A stretch of DNA of 64,000 bases from an uncultured Gemmatimonadales bacterium (GTDB taxonomy: Bacteria; Gemmatimonadota; Gemmatimonadetes; Gemmatimonadales; Gemmatimonadaceae): positions 576,001 to 640,000 of the forward strand of contig CAWKMU010000003.1 of NCBI GenBank assembly GCA_963850905.1, given 5' to 3'. The position numbers and the translations under genes were made by a program. A model generated the notes under the pieces. That model saw only the letters and a program-made list of their open reading frames with translations, did no database searches and was not told the origin of the DNA. Positions 22,784 to 32,396 of the stretch are shown piece after piece. Every line of letters begins with the position of its first letter. Position 1 is the first letter of the stretch.

Positions 22784-23916
22784 CTACCGCTCCGCCGTCG
22801 TCGTATCGGTCACCGGTGTCACCCGGACCGGCGTCCCCGGATCGATCGCCTGCGCGGCGCCGCGCAGGAGCGTGTCGCCCGCGGCGACGCCCGCGACGAT
22901 CTGGACACGGTTCGCCTGGCCGTCTCGCATGCCGAGCTGGACGTCCACCCGTTCCACCCGCCCCTGGCGCACGCGCTCCACGACCGGCTGCAAGTTGCGG
23001 GTGTCGATCGCCGCGATGGACACCATCAGCCCGTGCGCGCTGTCGCTCACGATGCGACCGCTGGCAAAGAGTCCCGCGACGAGCGCGTTGTTCGGATTGG
23101 GCAACGTCGCGTAGACCTGCGATCTGCCGCGTACTGGGGTCCGCGATCGGGCTGATGCGCAGCACCGTGCCGCGAAAGCTGCGTTCGCCATATCCATTCA
23201 ACGAGAATGTGACCGGCTGGCCGACGCGCACCGCCGCGATCTGATCCGCCGGCACCGAAGCTTCCAGTTGCAGTTGCGACGGGTCGACGACGGTGAACAC
23301 CAGCGTCCCCACCTGGACGACGTCACCCGCACTCACGTCGCGGTCCGCGACGACCCCGGCAAACGGCGCGCGGATGATCGTGTAGCCCGAGCTGCTTCTC
23401 GGCGGTCACCAGCCGCGCCCGCGCGTCGGCCAATGCCGCCTGTGCCTGCGCGTTCTGCTGCACGACCGTCTCGATGTCGCTGCTCGAGACGGCACCCGCC
23501 TTGTACAACGTGTCGTAGCGCTGGGCCTGGCGTGCCGCGTAGTCGGCGGCCGTCTGCGCGGACGTCACGGCGGACCGCGCCGAGAGCTCGGCGTCGCGCA
23601 GCCCCGCGGCGTCGATCTCCGCGAGCACCTGCCCGTTGGACACGTGCTGCCCCTGTTCCGCATCGATCCGCACGACGGATCCGCTGACCTGCGTGCGCAG
23701 CTGCGCGTTCCGTACCGGCGCGAGCGTGCCGGAGATCACCGGCCCGGTCCGCAACACACCTTCGGTGACAACCGCAATGTTCTCGGGTCCAATCTGCGTC
23801 GGCGGCTGCACCCCCGACCCCGCAGCCGACCCGCGACTACACGCGACGATCGCCGCCAGGCACGCCAAATGGAGGGGCGATGCATGCGTCGCCCGCCGTT
23901 GACGCGTCGCCCTCAT
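22784..23916 (-). CDS. RND periplasmic adaptor lipoprotein, frameshifted
   Basis: IVAC lipobox, QVSGSVVRI and LQLEASVP motifs. ATGA overlap with the TolC stop. Confidence 0.85.
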
Positions 23917-25826
23917 TGTACGGAATTTCCAGGCGTACCGGTGCTCGTCATCGTCGCCGGCGTAGGAGTAGCCGACCCCGGTGCACCCGGCACCCCGGGC
24001 GCGCCCGGAGCGCCTGGCGCGCCCGGCACGGTGGGCGGCGCGCCCTGCGGCGGCGCGCCTTGCTGCGGCGACGTCGTGCTCGACGGGCTCCCCTGCGAAG
24101 CGCTCTGGGCCGCGCTCGCTCCGGCTTGCGACGTGTTGCTCAGTGGCAGGTCGGCGATGAGCGCGAGATAGATCCGCGCGACTTGCAGGTTCCGCGCAGC
24201 CTGCGCCCGGTTGGCGAGCGCCTGCTCCTGCGCCAGCCGCTGATTCGTGAGCTCGGTCTGCGTCGAGATCCCCTCCCGATACCGCAACTCGGCGATCTGG
24301 TACGCCCGCGCCGCCTGACTCACCGTCCCCACCGTCGCACGCCACGCCGCGTCCGACTGTCGCAGGTTCGCAATGGCCGTACGTGCGTCCAGCGCAGCCA
24401 GCTCACGGGTCTGCTGCAAACGCGCCTGCGCCTCGATGAGATTTGCGCGCGCCACCAGGATGTCCCCGTTGATGTGCCCTCCCGTGAACACGGGTACGGT
24501 GAAGCCCAGAGCCACATTCCAGTTGGTGAGAAAGTCCGGCAGCGACGGAATGCCGACCGGATACGCAATCCGCTGGTAAAAGGAGCTCAGTGAGAGGGTC
24601 GGCAGTCGCTCCGACACCGCCAGCCGGCGCAGCGCCGCCTCCTCCTTGACCGTCTCCACTTGTTCGCGCACGGCCGAGCGGCGGGCGACTGCCGTGTCGA
24701 GCGGCTGCGCGATCGTGTCCGTCGTGGTCACGACGCCGTTCGGACCGACGCTCGTCGCGAGTGACACCAGGTGCACGCCATCCGGAGCCGCAGTGGAGTC
24801 CTCGACGTCGGTCGTCAGGGTCACCGCCGCGTCGAGTGGAAGCTTGAGCAGTTGCTTGAGCCGGTAGTACGCAATGTCGCGATCGCCGCGACGCTGGATC
24901 ACGACAGGGACTTGATTGTTCCGAGTGACCTGTGATTGCAGCAGGTCGAAATCGCTCTGCGTCCCGACATGTGTCCCGACCTGCGCCTGCCGGTAGGTCT
25001 GATCCGCTTCGACCAACGTGGACTCGGCGATCGTCACGAGCCGGTCGGCGAGCGCTGCGTCGTAGTACGCTTGCGTCACGTCGTACGTGACCTGGGCCGT
25101 CTGCGCCCGCACCTCGATCTCGGCTGAGCGACGGGGCGAGGATGCAGCCTGGTTCTGCGCGAGGACCTGGCCGCTGAAGATGGTCTGCGAGAAGTTGAGA
25201 CCGAGGCTGTATTGATTGAGGGCGCCGAACCCGACGCTGCTGAAGTTGATGCCGTTCACGCCGCTGGGACACGATTGTGCAGCATTGAACGCCGCCTGTC
25301 GCTCTCCCGGCGTCGCGAGCGTATCGAGCCGCGGCGTGCACAACGCCTGCAGCGTCGAGGGACTCGGCTCGGACGTGGTGCTGCCCCCAAAGACGCGGTT
25401 GAACGCGGAGTACTGCGTCAACAGCGTGCGGGTATACGCGCCAGCGATCGACAGCTGCGGGAACCATCCCGAGCGGGCCTGTTGGACTTGCCCGCGCGCC
25501 CGCATGATGCCGGCTTGCGCGATCCCGACTGCCTCGCTTTTCAGTACCGCGATCCGGACTGCTTCCGCCAGCGAAAGCGGGTGTGCAGCCGGCGGCTGGG
25601 CGGCCTGAGCGGTCGTGTCGAAGCTCGCGGCGTTCGGCCCGGCGGACGGCGGCGCGACGGCCTGCCCCTCGACCACTCCCGCCGTGAGCAGCACACGCCC
25701 GATGAGGGCGCCAGCGAGCCATGCGCGGACGCCGCGAGGTAAGATCACGCGGCGCGGCGGAGGCGCGTGGCCCCCGACGCACGAGAGAGGAGACAGAGGA
25801 GGGGAGATGAACCGGACTGCATGCAT
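23913..25826 (-). CDS. TolC family outer-membrane protein with Pro/Gly-rich C-tail
   Basis: LSLAEAVRIA, FTVPVFTGG and AELRYREGIS motifs. Start uncertain. Confidence 0.88.
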   Translation of the reverse strand: MHAVRFISPPLSPLSCVGGHAPPPRRVILPRGVRAWLAGALIGRVLLTAGVVEGQAVAPPSAGPNAASFDTTAQAAQPPAAHPLSLAEAVRIAVLKSEAVGIAQAGIMRARGQVQQARSGWFPQLSIAGAYTRTLLTQYSAFNRVFGGSTTSEPSPSTLQALCTPRLDTLATPGERQAAFNAAQSCPSGVNGINFSSVGFGALNQYSLGLNFSQTIFSGQVLAQNQAASSPRRSAEIEVRAQTAQVTYDVTQAYYDAALADRLVTIAESTLVEADQTYRQAQVGTHVGTQSDFDLLQSQVTRNNQVPVVIQRRGDRDIAYYRLKQLLKLPLDAAVTLTTDVEDSTAAPDGVHLVSLATSVGPNGVVTTTDTIAQPLDTAVARRSAVREQVETVKEEAALRRLAVSERLPTLSLSSFYQRIAYPVGIPSLPDFLTNWNVALGFTVPVFTGGHINGDILVARANLIEAQARLQQTRELAALDARTAIANLRQSDAAWRATVGTVSQAARAYQIAELRYREGISTQTELTNQRLAQEQALANRAQAARNLQVARIYLALIADLPLSNTSQAGASAAQSASQGSPSSTTSPQQGAPPQGAPPTVPGAPGAPGAPGVPGAPGSATPTPATMTSTGTPGNSVQ

Positions 25827-25899
25827 CACGCCTTCAAAAGGTAGTCTCCTTTCTCCGTTCTGCAGTTCTCCTGTCTGGGGACGCGACGCGCGCGACGCG

Positions 25900-26838
25900 C
25901 TAGCCTCCACCCGGCTCCTGCCCGCGTGCAATGGGCGCGCGGACCGTGTTGCCCCACTCCGTCCAGCTGCCATCGTAGTTCCGCACACGGTCATATCCCA
26001 GCAAGTACGTGAGGACAAACCACGTGTGTGACGATCGCTCCCCGATGCGGCAGTACGCGATCACGTCGTCGCTGGCCTTGAGTCCCTGCTCCGTCTCATA
26101 GATCGCGCGTAGCTCCGGCGCGGTCTTGAACGTGCCGTCCGGGTTGGCGGCACGAGCCCACGGAACGCTCTTCGCGCTGGGAATGTGTCCGCCGCGTAGT
26201 GTGCCCTCCTGCGGGTAATCCGGCATATGCAGCCGCTCACCGGTGTACTCCTGCGGTGACCGCACGTCCACGAGCTGGCCGTGTGCGCCCAGATGGCGGC
26301 GCACGTCGGGGCTGAACGCGCGAATGGGCTCATCGGATCGCTCGCCCGCCACGAATCGCGTCGCCGGATAGCGCGGGACGTCCGTCGTCATCGGCCGCGA
26401 TTCGGATTCCCACTTGCTGCGGCCCCCATCGAGCAGCGCGACGTTGTTGAAGCCAAACAGTTGAAAGACCCAGAAGGCGTACGCCGCCCACCAGTTGTTC
26501 TTGTCCCCATAGAACACGACCGTGGTCGTGTCGTCGATGCCGAGCCGGCGGAGCAGCGCCTGGAACTGGGCGACGGAGAGGTAGTCGCGCACGACGGGAT
26601 CGTTGAGATCCTCGTGCCAATCGATCTTCTGGGCGCCGGGAATGTGCCCGGAGTCGTACAACAGCACATCCTCGTCGCTTTCGAGCACGCGGATGTGTGG
26701 ATCATCGAGGTGCTGCGCGAGCCACGTAGTCGTGACGAGCACGTCGGGATGCACATATCCCTTGGCCGCAATCGTCGGGTCGACTGCGCCGGCGGTGATC
26801 GTCGGGGAAGCGCGGGGCGTCATGGTTGCGGGTGCCAT
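25900..26838 (-). CDS. Thiosulfate/3-mercaptopyruvate sulfurtransferase (two-domain rhodanese)
   Basis: [14 protein letters not shown] active loop and YDGSWTEWG. Confidence 0.93.
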   Translation of the reverse strand: MAPATMTPRASPTITAGAVDPTIAAKGYVHPDVLVTTTWLAQHLDDPHIRVLESDEDVLLYDSGHIPGAQKIDWHEDLNDPVVRDYLSVAQFQALLRRLGIDDTTTVVFYGDKNNWWAAYAFWVFQLFGFNNVALLDGGRSKWESESRPMTTDVPRYPATRFVAGERSDEPIRAFSPDVRRHLGAHGQLVDVRSPQEYTGERLHMPDYPQEGTLRGGHIPSAKSVPWARAANPDGTFKTAPELRAIYETEQGLKASDDVIAYCRIGERSSHTWFVLTYLLGYDRVRNYDGSWTEWGNTVRAPIARGQEPGGG

Positions 26839-26947
26839 CGGTGAGTCTCCACGGAGAATCCGGAATTGGGCGGCCTGCAAAAAACAGACGGGTCGTACGA
26901 ACGAGCGCGCGTCTCTCGCCGCTGCTCCAACATCTGCACTCGTCTAG

Positions 26948-26980
26948 ACAAAAACGGCCGCCTCAAGAGAGCGGCCGATT
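26948..26980 (-). terminator. Rho-independent terminator after DoxX
   Basis: Minus strand CGGCCGCTCTC-TT-GAGGCGGCCG followed by TTTTT. Confidence 0.7.
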
Positions 26981-27017
26981 GAGCATGGGCGTAGCCTACT
27001 TGAGGCGGCGGGGAGGG

Positions 27018-27428
27018 TCAAGGGAAACGCGTGGCGCTGCGATCGGCCGTTCGTACGAGCCCAGCGAGCAGGACCAGCCCCACCAGCGTCGCCCCGGACG
27101 AGAGCGGCGGTCGGTCGAGGATCAGGATCTCGGTCGCGCCCGCGCCGAGCATGAGTGCGCTCAGGGCCACGGTGCCCGCGACGGTCGTCCGCGGATACGC
27201 GAGTAAGGCCGCCCCGGCCAGCTCGTACAGCCCGACCGCATACCGGAACCACTGCCCCAGGCCGACCATGGCAAACAGCGTGACGGCCGGGGACACCCCC
27301 GCGAGCTTCCCCGCCCCTGCGCCCACAAACACCAGGACGAGCAACCAGCGAAGCCATGGAATCACCCGCTCCGGCGATCGAGTCCCGGCCGCACGCACGG
27401 CGCGATCGGAGCGCGGCGCGTGCGTCAT
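27018..27428 (-). CDS. DoxX family membrane protein
   Basis: FVGAGAGKL...GLGQWFRYAVGLYELAGA. Confidence 0.85.
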   Translation of the reverse strand: MTHAPRSDRAVRAAGTRSPERVIPWLRWLLVLVFVGAGAGKLAGVSPAVTLFAMVGLGQWFRYAVGLYELAGAALLAYPRTTVAGTVALSALMLGAGATEILILDRPPLSSGATLVGLVLLAGLVRTADRSATRFP

Positions 27429-27472
27429 CGAATCGGACCGCCCACTCGGTTGCTGCACCAATCCTCGTCGCG

Positions 27473-28339
27473 TTACGGGATGACGTAGCGAATTGACAGG
27501 CGCCATGTCGTGAGATCCGTGGGCACCGAGTACACTTCGGCCGCCGCATCCAGGCCGCTCACGATGGGCACGCTGATCCCGCCGAAAAGGGCCACGCAAT
27601 GCAGGGAGACCTCGACCAACGTGTGATCAGTCGCGTCGTCCAGATTGGTGAACCCGACACGGAAATGCGGGTCCATCCAGTTGTAACCGAGGCCGGCGAA
27701 ACCACCGAGCCCGTGATGGTTCGCCACGCCGACCGTCGCATTCGCGCCGATTGCGTTGGGATAGAAGGTGTCGGACGACTCCTGGGTCCCGTAGCACGGC
27801 TCGTTGGCGTCGGTCTGCTGCAACGCGCTCGAGGGGCACGTGATCGGCCCGACGACGCGCCCGAGTGTCCCGAAGAAGCGGCCGCCGATCGTCACGGTCG
27901 GCCCACTCTCCGACGGCGCGACGAGGTAGTCCGCGTACGTGAGGGCGAAGTTGAAAATGTTCGGTTGCGCTTCATCGATCGTGATCGGCGGGAGATAACT
28001 GAGCTCGATGCCGAATCCCGCCGGCAGGCCCAGCGCCACACGGAGCCGCGGCAGGACCGGCGAGAGGTGCGTGCCCTCTTGCTTCGACTCGTAGCAGAAG
28101 CTCGTCTGACTGATCGACGCGCTCGGCGCAGGCACCCCCGTCAGCTCGCCCGTCAGCGCGACGTGCCACGGCGCGAGGACCGTCGGTAGGTCGAGCGCGG
28201 CGAAGTTGAGGGGCGCCTCGTAGTGCGCCAACAACAACGCCTCGTTGCTGTTGGTCGGCGGAAAACACTGCGCAAACGCGGTCGCAGGAATCGCGCTCAG
28301 GACTACGGCGCCGACTGCGTGCACGGCGACCAACCTCAT
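27473..28339 (-). CDS. Secreted hypothetical protein, possible outer-membrane beta-barrel
   Basis: Signal peptide AFAQ, amphipathic strands and C-terminal WRLSIRY. Confidence 0.6.
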   Translation of the reverse strand: MRLVAVHAVGAVVLSAIPATAFAQCFPPTNSNEALLLAHYEAPLNFAALDLPTVLAPWHVALTGELTGVPAPSASISQTSFCYESKQEGTHLSPVLPRLRVALGLPAGFGIELSYLPPITIDEAQPNIFNFALTYADYLVAPSESGPTVTIGGRFFGTLGRVVGPITCPSSALQQTDANEPCYGTQESSDTFYPNAIGANATVGVANHHGLGGFAGLGYNWMDPHFRVGFTNLDDATDHTLVEVSLHCVALFGGISVPIVSGLDAAAEVYSVPTDLTTWRLSIRYVIP

Positions 28340-28743
28340 TGCGCCACCAGCGTGCCGTGCATGTACGGATGAATGTTGCAGTGCCACGTATAGGTACCCG
28401 CCTTGGTGAACGTACGGACGGAGTCCGCGTTGCTCGTCGCCTCAATGTTTGCGAGCGTCACCGGTCCGCTGTCGAAAATCACGGTGTGCGCCACATCGAG
28501 AAACGAGAACGTCACCTGGGTGCCCGCACTGACCGTGTCGGGTGAGGGGCTGTAGTAGTACTGGCCACCACTCGTGTTCCCGAATCCGTTGTTGGAGCCC
28601 GACGATCCGGACGCAACGATGGTGCTACTCCGTCCGCCGAGCGGGAGGCTTGGGCCCATGCTGCTGCCGCCACCACTGCACGCCGCCAGGGCGAGTGCGC
28701 CGAAGGCCGAGCTCAACACCAGGCGCCGTTTCGAGTGTGTCAT
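28336..28743 (-). CDS. Cupredoxin (plastocyanin-like) lipoprotein
   Basis: LAAC lipobox and type-1 copper ligands H (VAHTV) and C-x2-H-x2-M (CNIHPYM). Confidence 0.85.
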   Translation of the reverse strand: MTHSKRRLVLSSAFGALALAACSGGGSSMGPSLPLGGRSSTIVASGSSGSNNGFGNTSGGQYYYSPSPDTVSAGTQVTFSFLDVAHTVIFDSGPVTLANIEATSNADSVRTFTKAGTYTWHCNIHPYMHGTLVAQ

Positions 28744-28805
28744 GCCACACGCTCCATGCGAAATGAGCACAGGACCCGGCGCCGCGGCCCGGTGGTCGTC
28801 CCCTC

Positions 28806-28921
28806 GACGAACCCCGGTCGTGCAACGCGTCGTTCGATTCCTGTGTCGGGTCAACCTAGGCGCGATCGCCGCGCCTCGCAGCGATCGTGGGGTGAATGAC
28901 TACCATCGGGGGGCGAACCCG
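28806..28921 (-). promoter_or_regulatory. Putative LytTR-binding direct repeats
   Basis: Minus-strand GGTTCGCC, CATTCACC, GGTTGACC and GGTTCGTC spaced 21, 42 and 43 bp apart, upstream of the cupredoxin operon. Confidence 0.5.
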
Positions 28922-28927
28922 CCCTCG

Positions 28928-29797
28928 CTACAGGGCGCGGTCGAGCAGTGCTTGGACTGCCGCCCGGTACCGCCTCCCCGTTGTCAACTTCGTGCCGTCG
29001 CCAAGAATCAGGACGTAATCGCCAGCGAACCACGGCTGCACCTCACGGATCCGCTCGACGTTGACAATCGTGGATCGATGGATGCGGAGAAACGACTGCG
29101 CTGGCAATCGGTGCTCGAGGTGGGTCAGCGTCTCGCGCATGATGTGCGTCTCACGCCCGACGTGGAGCCGGACGTAATTGTCCATCGCCTCGATCCAGTC
29201 GACGTCCGCGGTTCGCACGAATATCACCCGGCCATCGCCTTTGATCGCCAACCGCGCCACGCCGCCGCGCGCCGCTCCCGCAGTCGTGGCGACGGCCGCA
29301 GACACTTCCGCGACCAGCGCGGCCAGCCGGGAGCGCACATCGTGGTCTTCGTCGCGATCGGCCGTCTCGCCGAGTCAATGTTTGGCGCGGCCGATGGCCT
29401 CCATCAGGCGATCACGATCGACGGGTTTGAGGACGTAGTCGACCGCGTGCACTTCGAACGCACGGACCGCGTGCGCGTCGGATGCCGTCACGAAAATGAC
29501 TGCGGGCATGCGATCTGTCCCGATCGCGCGGAGGACACCGAACCCGTCGATCTCCGGCATCTGGATGTCCAGCAGCACGAGATCAGGCTCGTCACCAGTG
29601 ATGCGCGTGACAGCGTCGGCGCCATTGCCGCACTCGCCGACGATCATGAGATCGCTTTCGTCCTGCAGCAGCTCGCGGAGACGCGCGCGCGCCAGCGGCT
29701 CGTCGTCAACGATCAGGACGCGCAGCCGGTGATCGCTTGCCGCCTTGGCCGGCGCGCGCGTGGACGCCGGGCTCGGCGCCGCGATGCGTTCAGTCAT
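28928..29797 (-). CDS. LytR/AlgR family response regulator interrupted by one in-frame TGA (29375-29377)
   Basis: Receiver domain (VDDEPLAR, LDIQMP, DYVLKP) and LytTR domain (IEAMDNYV, FLRIHRSTIVN) lie in the same frame. Confidence 0.9.
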
Positions 29798-31194
29798 TCC
29801 CGGTACGGGACGTCGATTTCAACCATGAAGCCAGCTCCAGGAGCGGTCGAGACCTGCAGCCGTTGGCGCGATCCGTACAAATACTGCAACCGTGCGCGTG
29901 TGTTCCCCAGCCCCACGCCCTCTCGCGCGAGCGACCCGGTCGGGCTCAGCTCCGAGCCGACCCCATCGTCCGTCACGCGGATCCGAAGGTCGGGACCCGT
30001 CCGTACAATGTCGACCGCGACCGTGCCCCCCGCGGCCCGTGGCCCGAGTCCGTGACGAATGGCGTTCTCCACGAGCGGCTGCAGGAGCAGGTTGGGCACA
30101 ATGGCTTGTCGCACATCCGGAGCGGCCTCGACGTGAACGGCGAGCCGATCCTGGAAGCGCAAACGCTGGATCGCCACGTAGTGGCCCAGAAGCTCGAGCT
30201 CGCGCTCGAGACGCACCTCGTGATCGCCCGATCGCGTCAGCGACAACCGCAAGAGCTCGCCGAGCCCGTGGATCGTGCGCTGGGCCGCGCGCGGATCGCC
30301 GGGAATGAGGGCACTGATCGTGTTGAGCGCGTTGAACAGAAAGTGCGGCTGCAGCTGATGCTTGAGTCCCTCGAGCTGCGCGCGCGCCAGTCGCGCCTCC
30401 AGGCGGTCACGCTCGTGCGAGGCGTGGAAGTAGGAGCGAACGAGTCGTTCCTGCCACGTCGTCGCATAGGTCGCGACAGCGCCGGCGACAGCCAGGAGGA
30501 GCAGCTTCGCACCCTCGTCGAGCGGCGCGATCGCCGTGCCCGAGACGGCCGCCAGTGGACTCGCCGTCAGCTCCACCCAATGCGTGCCCAGGACGAACGC
30601 GAGCAGCAGCGCGTACTGGCCAACAGTGAGCGCGGCGACGGCCGCGGCCCGCCGCGTGGAGGAGGTGATCGGGCGCGCCGCGAGAATGACGAAGTATGCG
30701 AGGTACATGGGCGCCTTGAGCCCGAGCGCGGCCGAGTCGGCGATCGCGTATCCCGCCATGCTCGCGGTTACCGCGGTGATGTCGACGATGGGATTCGCGA
30801 TCGTGAGCCACCCCGGCAGTCTCGGCCGGCGGTACCAGAGCAGATACTGGCCGAGCGTCCAGATCAGCATCGGCACGAGCAACGAGAGGTTGACCAGCCG
30901 GAGCGTGGGGGTCAGTTCGGGTGCGTACGCCAGTGCCGCGGTTGCGAGCAGCGCCAACACCAGCGCGCGCACCGTGTTGAGTTGCCGTTCCGCCCGATCC
31001 CGTAGCTGGGCGAGCGGTTCTCCCGGAAGCGCGGCCACCAACCCTTCGTCGAGGGGCGTGCTCGGCCATTGCCCCGGGGCGACTGCGCCCGCTGGACCAT
31101 CGCTCGGCGGCCTCGCCGACTCGGGCTCTCTCGCCAGCATCGATTGCGGCATGGGGGATGGAACCGTGCACGGTCCGGAACGGGTTCCCTGCAT
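29794..31194 (-). CDS. LytS-family sensor histidine kinase
   Basis: QLQPHFLFNALN, QPLVENAIRHG and GVGLGN motifs, multi-TM N-terminus. Start uncertain. Confidence 0.9.
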   Translation of the reverse strand: MQGTRSGPCTVPSPMPQSMLAREPESARPPSDGPAGAVAPGQWPSTPLDEGLVAALPGEPLAQLRDRAERQLNTVRALVLALLATAALAYAPELTPTLRLVNLSLLVPMLIWTLGQYLLWYRRPRLPGWLTIANPIVDITAVTASMAGYAIADSAALGLKAPMYLAYFVILAARPITSSTRRAAAVAALTVGQYALLLAFVLGTHWVELTASPLAAVSGTAIAPLDEGAKLLLLAVAGAVATYATTWQERLVRSYFHASHERDRLEARLARAQLEGLKHQLQPHFLFNALNTISALIPGDPRAAQRTIHGLGELLRLSLTRSGDHEVRLERELELLGHYVAIQRLRFQDRLAVHVEAAPDVRQAIVPNLLLQPLVENAIRHGLGPRAAGGTVAVDIVRTGPDLRIRVTDDGVGSELSPTGSLAREGVGLGNTRARLQYLYGSRQRLQVSTAPGAGFMVEIDVPYRE

Positions 31195-31294
31195 ATTGAC
31201 GGGTTGAGACCCGCCGGGCCAGCGGGCAGCGCCGTGCCAGCACGGGAAACATTATGTTCTCTATGCAACGGCCGCTCGCGCGGCCGAGCGTGGG

Positions 31295-31317
31295 GTAGGG
31301 GCGACGCATGGGTCGCC
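31295..31317 (+). repeat. GTAG-REP palindrome (imperfect)
   Basis: GTAGGGGCGACGCATGGGTCGCC. Confidence 0.75.
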
Positions 31318-31387
31318 TTCCGTGCGCAATCACGTTGGTCAAGAATAAGGACCGCCGGAGCCTCGCCAATCGGAGGGTATCCGAGTC

Positions 31388-32266
31388 ATGATCCGAAGGC
31401 CCGCCGCCCGTTCCCACCCTGGGCTGATCCGTGCGGCGCTGTGCACCGCAGTCGCCGCGAGCGCTGCCGGATCGCCGAGCCGCGCACAATCGCCCTCGAC
31501 ACGATCGGCCCGCGCCGAGCCGGCGGGGGCCTTTACCTATGCGCCCGGCACCCGGCGATACGAGCTCACGACCGTCGTCTCGCGCTCGCAGAATCAGGCG
31601 GGCGGGCGCGCGCCGTTCGAGTTCAGCACCACGACAACAATGGCCGTCACGTTGACGCTGGCGCGGCGTGCACGGGATACACTCGCCCTCATGCTCACGA
31701 TCGATTCCGTCGCGGTCACGTCGGATCTCAATGCGCCGCCTGCGGACATCTCGGCCTACAAGGGCGCGAAGCTCATCGGGCTCATTTCGCCCCAAGGCAG
31801 GATCTATCGCTTCGAGCCGCCCGCCCACGCGAACAACCCTCTGCCGTCCCTCTATCGGTCATTCCAACGATTCCTGGTGCCGTTCCCGAGTGGCGACATC
31901 GCGCCGGGCGCTGTGTGGAGTGATACCACGACGACGCCAGTCCAAGTCGGCGGCTTCGAAACGAAGACGGTGGCGATCGTGAGCTCCAGGATCGCCGCGG
32001 ACACGACGGTCGACGGCCAGCGCGCCTGGCGGATCGATCGGATCGGCAATATCACGATCGCCGGCACCGCAGCGGCGCCCACCGACACCGTCGGGCTCAC
32101 GGGCGACGGCACCATCCGCGCAACCGACTATGTGACGGTCGCCGGCGTCTTCCTGCGCAACACGTCCACCCAGACCACGCAGCTGCAACAGTACAAGCCC
32201 AACCGGCCCGCCGTCCAAAGCGTGCCGATCCAGCAGACGATCAAGTCGACTGTGAGGGGGATCTAA
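31388..32266 (+). CDS. Secreted hypothetical beta-rich protein
   Basis: GGAGG RBS, signal-like N-terminus and GC3-biased codons. Confidence 0.7.
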   Translation: MIRRPAARSHPGLIRAALCTAVAASAAGSPSRAQSPSTRSARAEPAGAFTYAPGTRRYELTTVVSRSQNQAGGRAPFEFSTTTTMAVTLTLARRARDTLALMLTIDSVAVTSDLNAPPADISAYKGAKLIGLISPQGRIYRFEPPAHANNPLPSLYRSFQRFLVPFPSGDIAPGAVWSDTTTTPVQVGGFETKTVAIVSSRIAADTTVDGQRAWRIDRIGNITIAGTAAAPTDTVGLTGDGTIRATDYVTVAGVFLRNTSTQTTQLQQYKPNRPAVQSVPIQQTIKSTVRGI

Positions 32267-32396
32267 GGTCGGGGGTCAGGGGGGTCAGGGCCCAGGGAAC
32301 CAAACGCACAGCCAGCTGCCGCTCACCGCGACTCGCCTTTCGGTTTGTTCCCTGACCCCCGACCCCTGACCCCTGACCCCGCCGTTCAGCCGTTCA
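32267..32396. repeat. GGGTCAG inverted heptamer element without REP
   Basis: GGGGTCAGG...CAGGGAACCAAA paired with TTTGTTCCCTGACCCC...GCCGTTCA, between convergent genes. Confidence 0.85.

Noticed and set aside
23975..24070. CCGGGCGCG-like 9-mer repeats
   Set aside because: They encode the PGA/GAPP low-complexity tail of TolC.
29375..29377. Selenocysteine recoding of the LytTR TGA
   Set aside because: The position is a linker with no Cys homology, and I see no SECIS-like hairpin downstream.
31224..31238. Sigma-54 promoter upstream of the LytS kinase
   Set aside because: TGGCACG is present but the GG-to-GC spacing is one base short.
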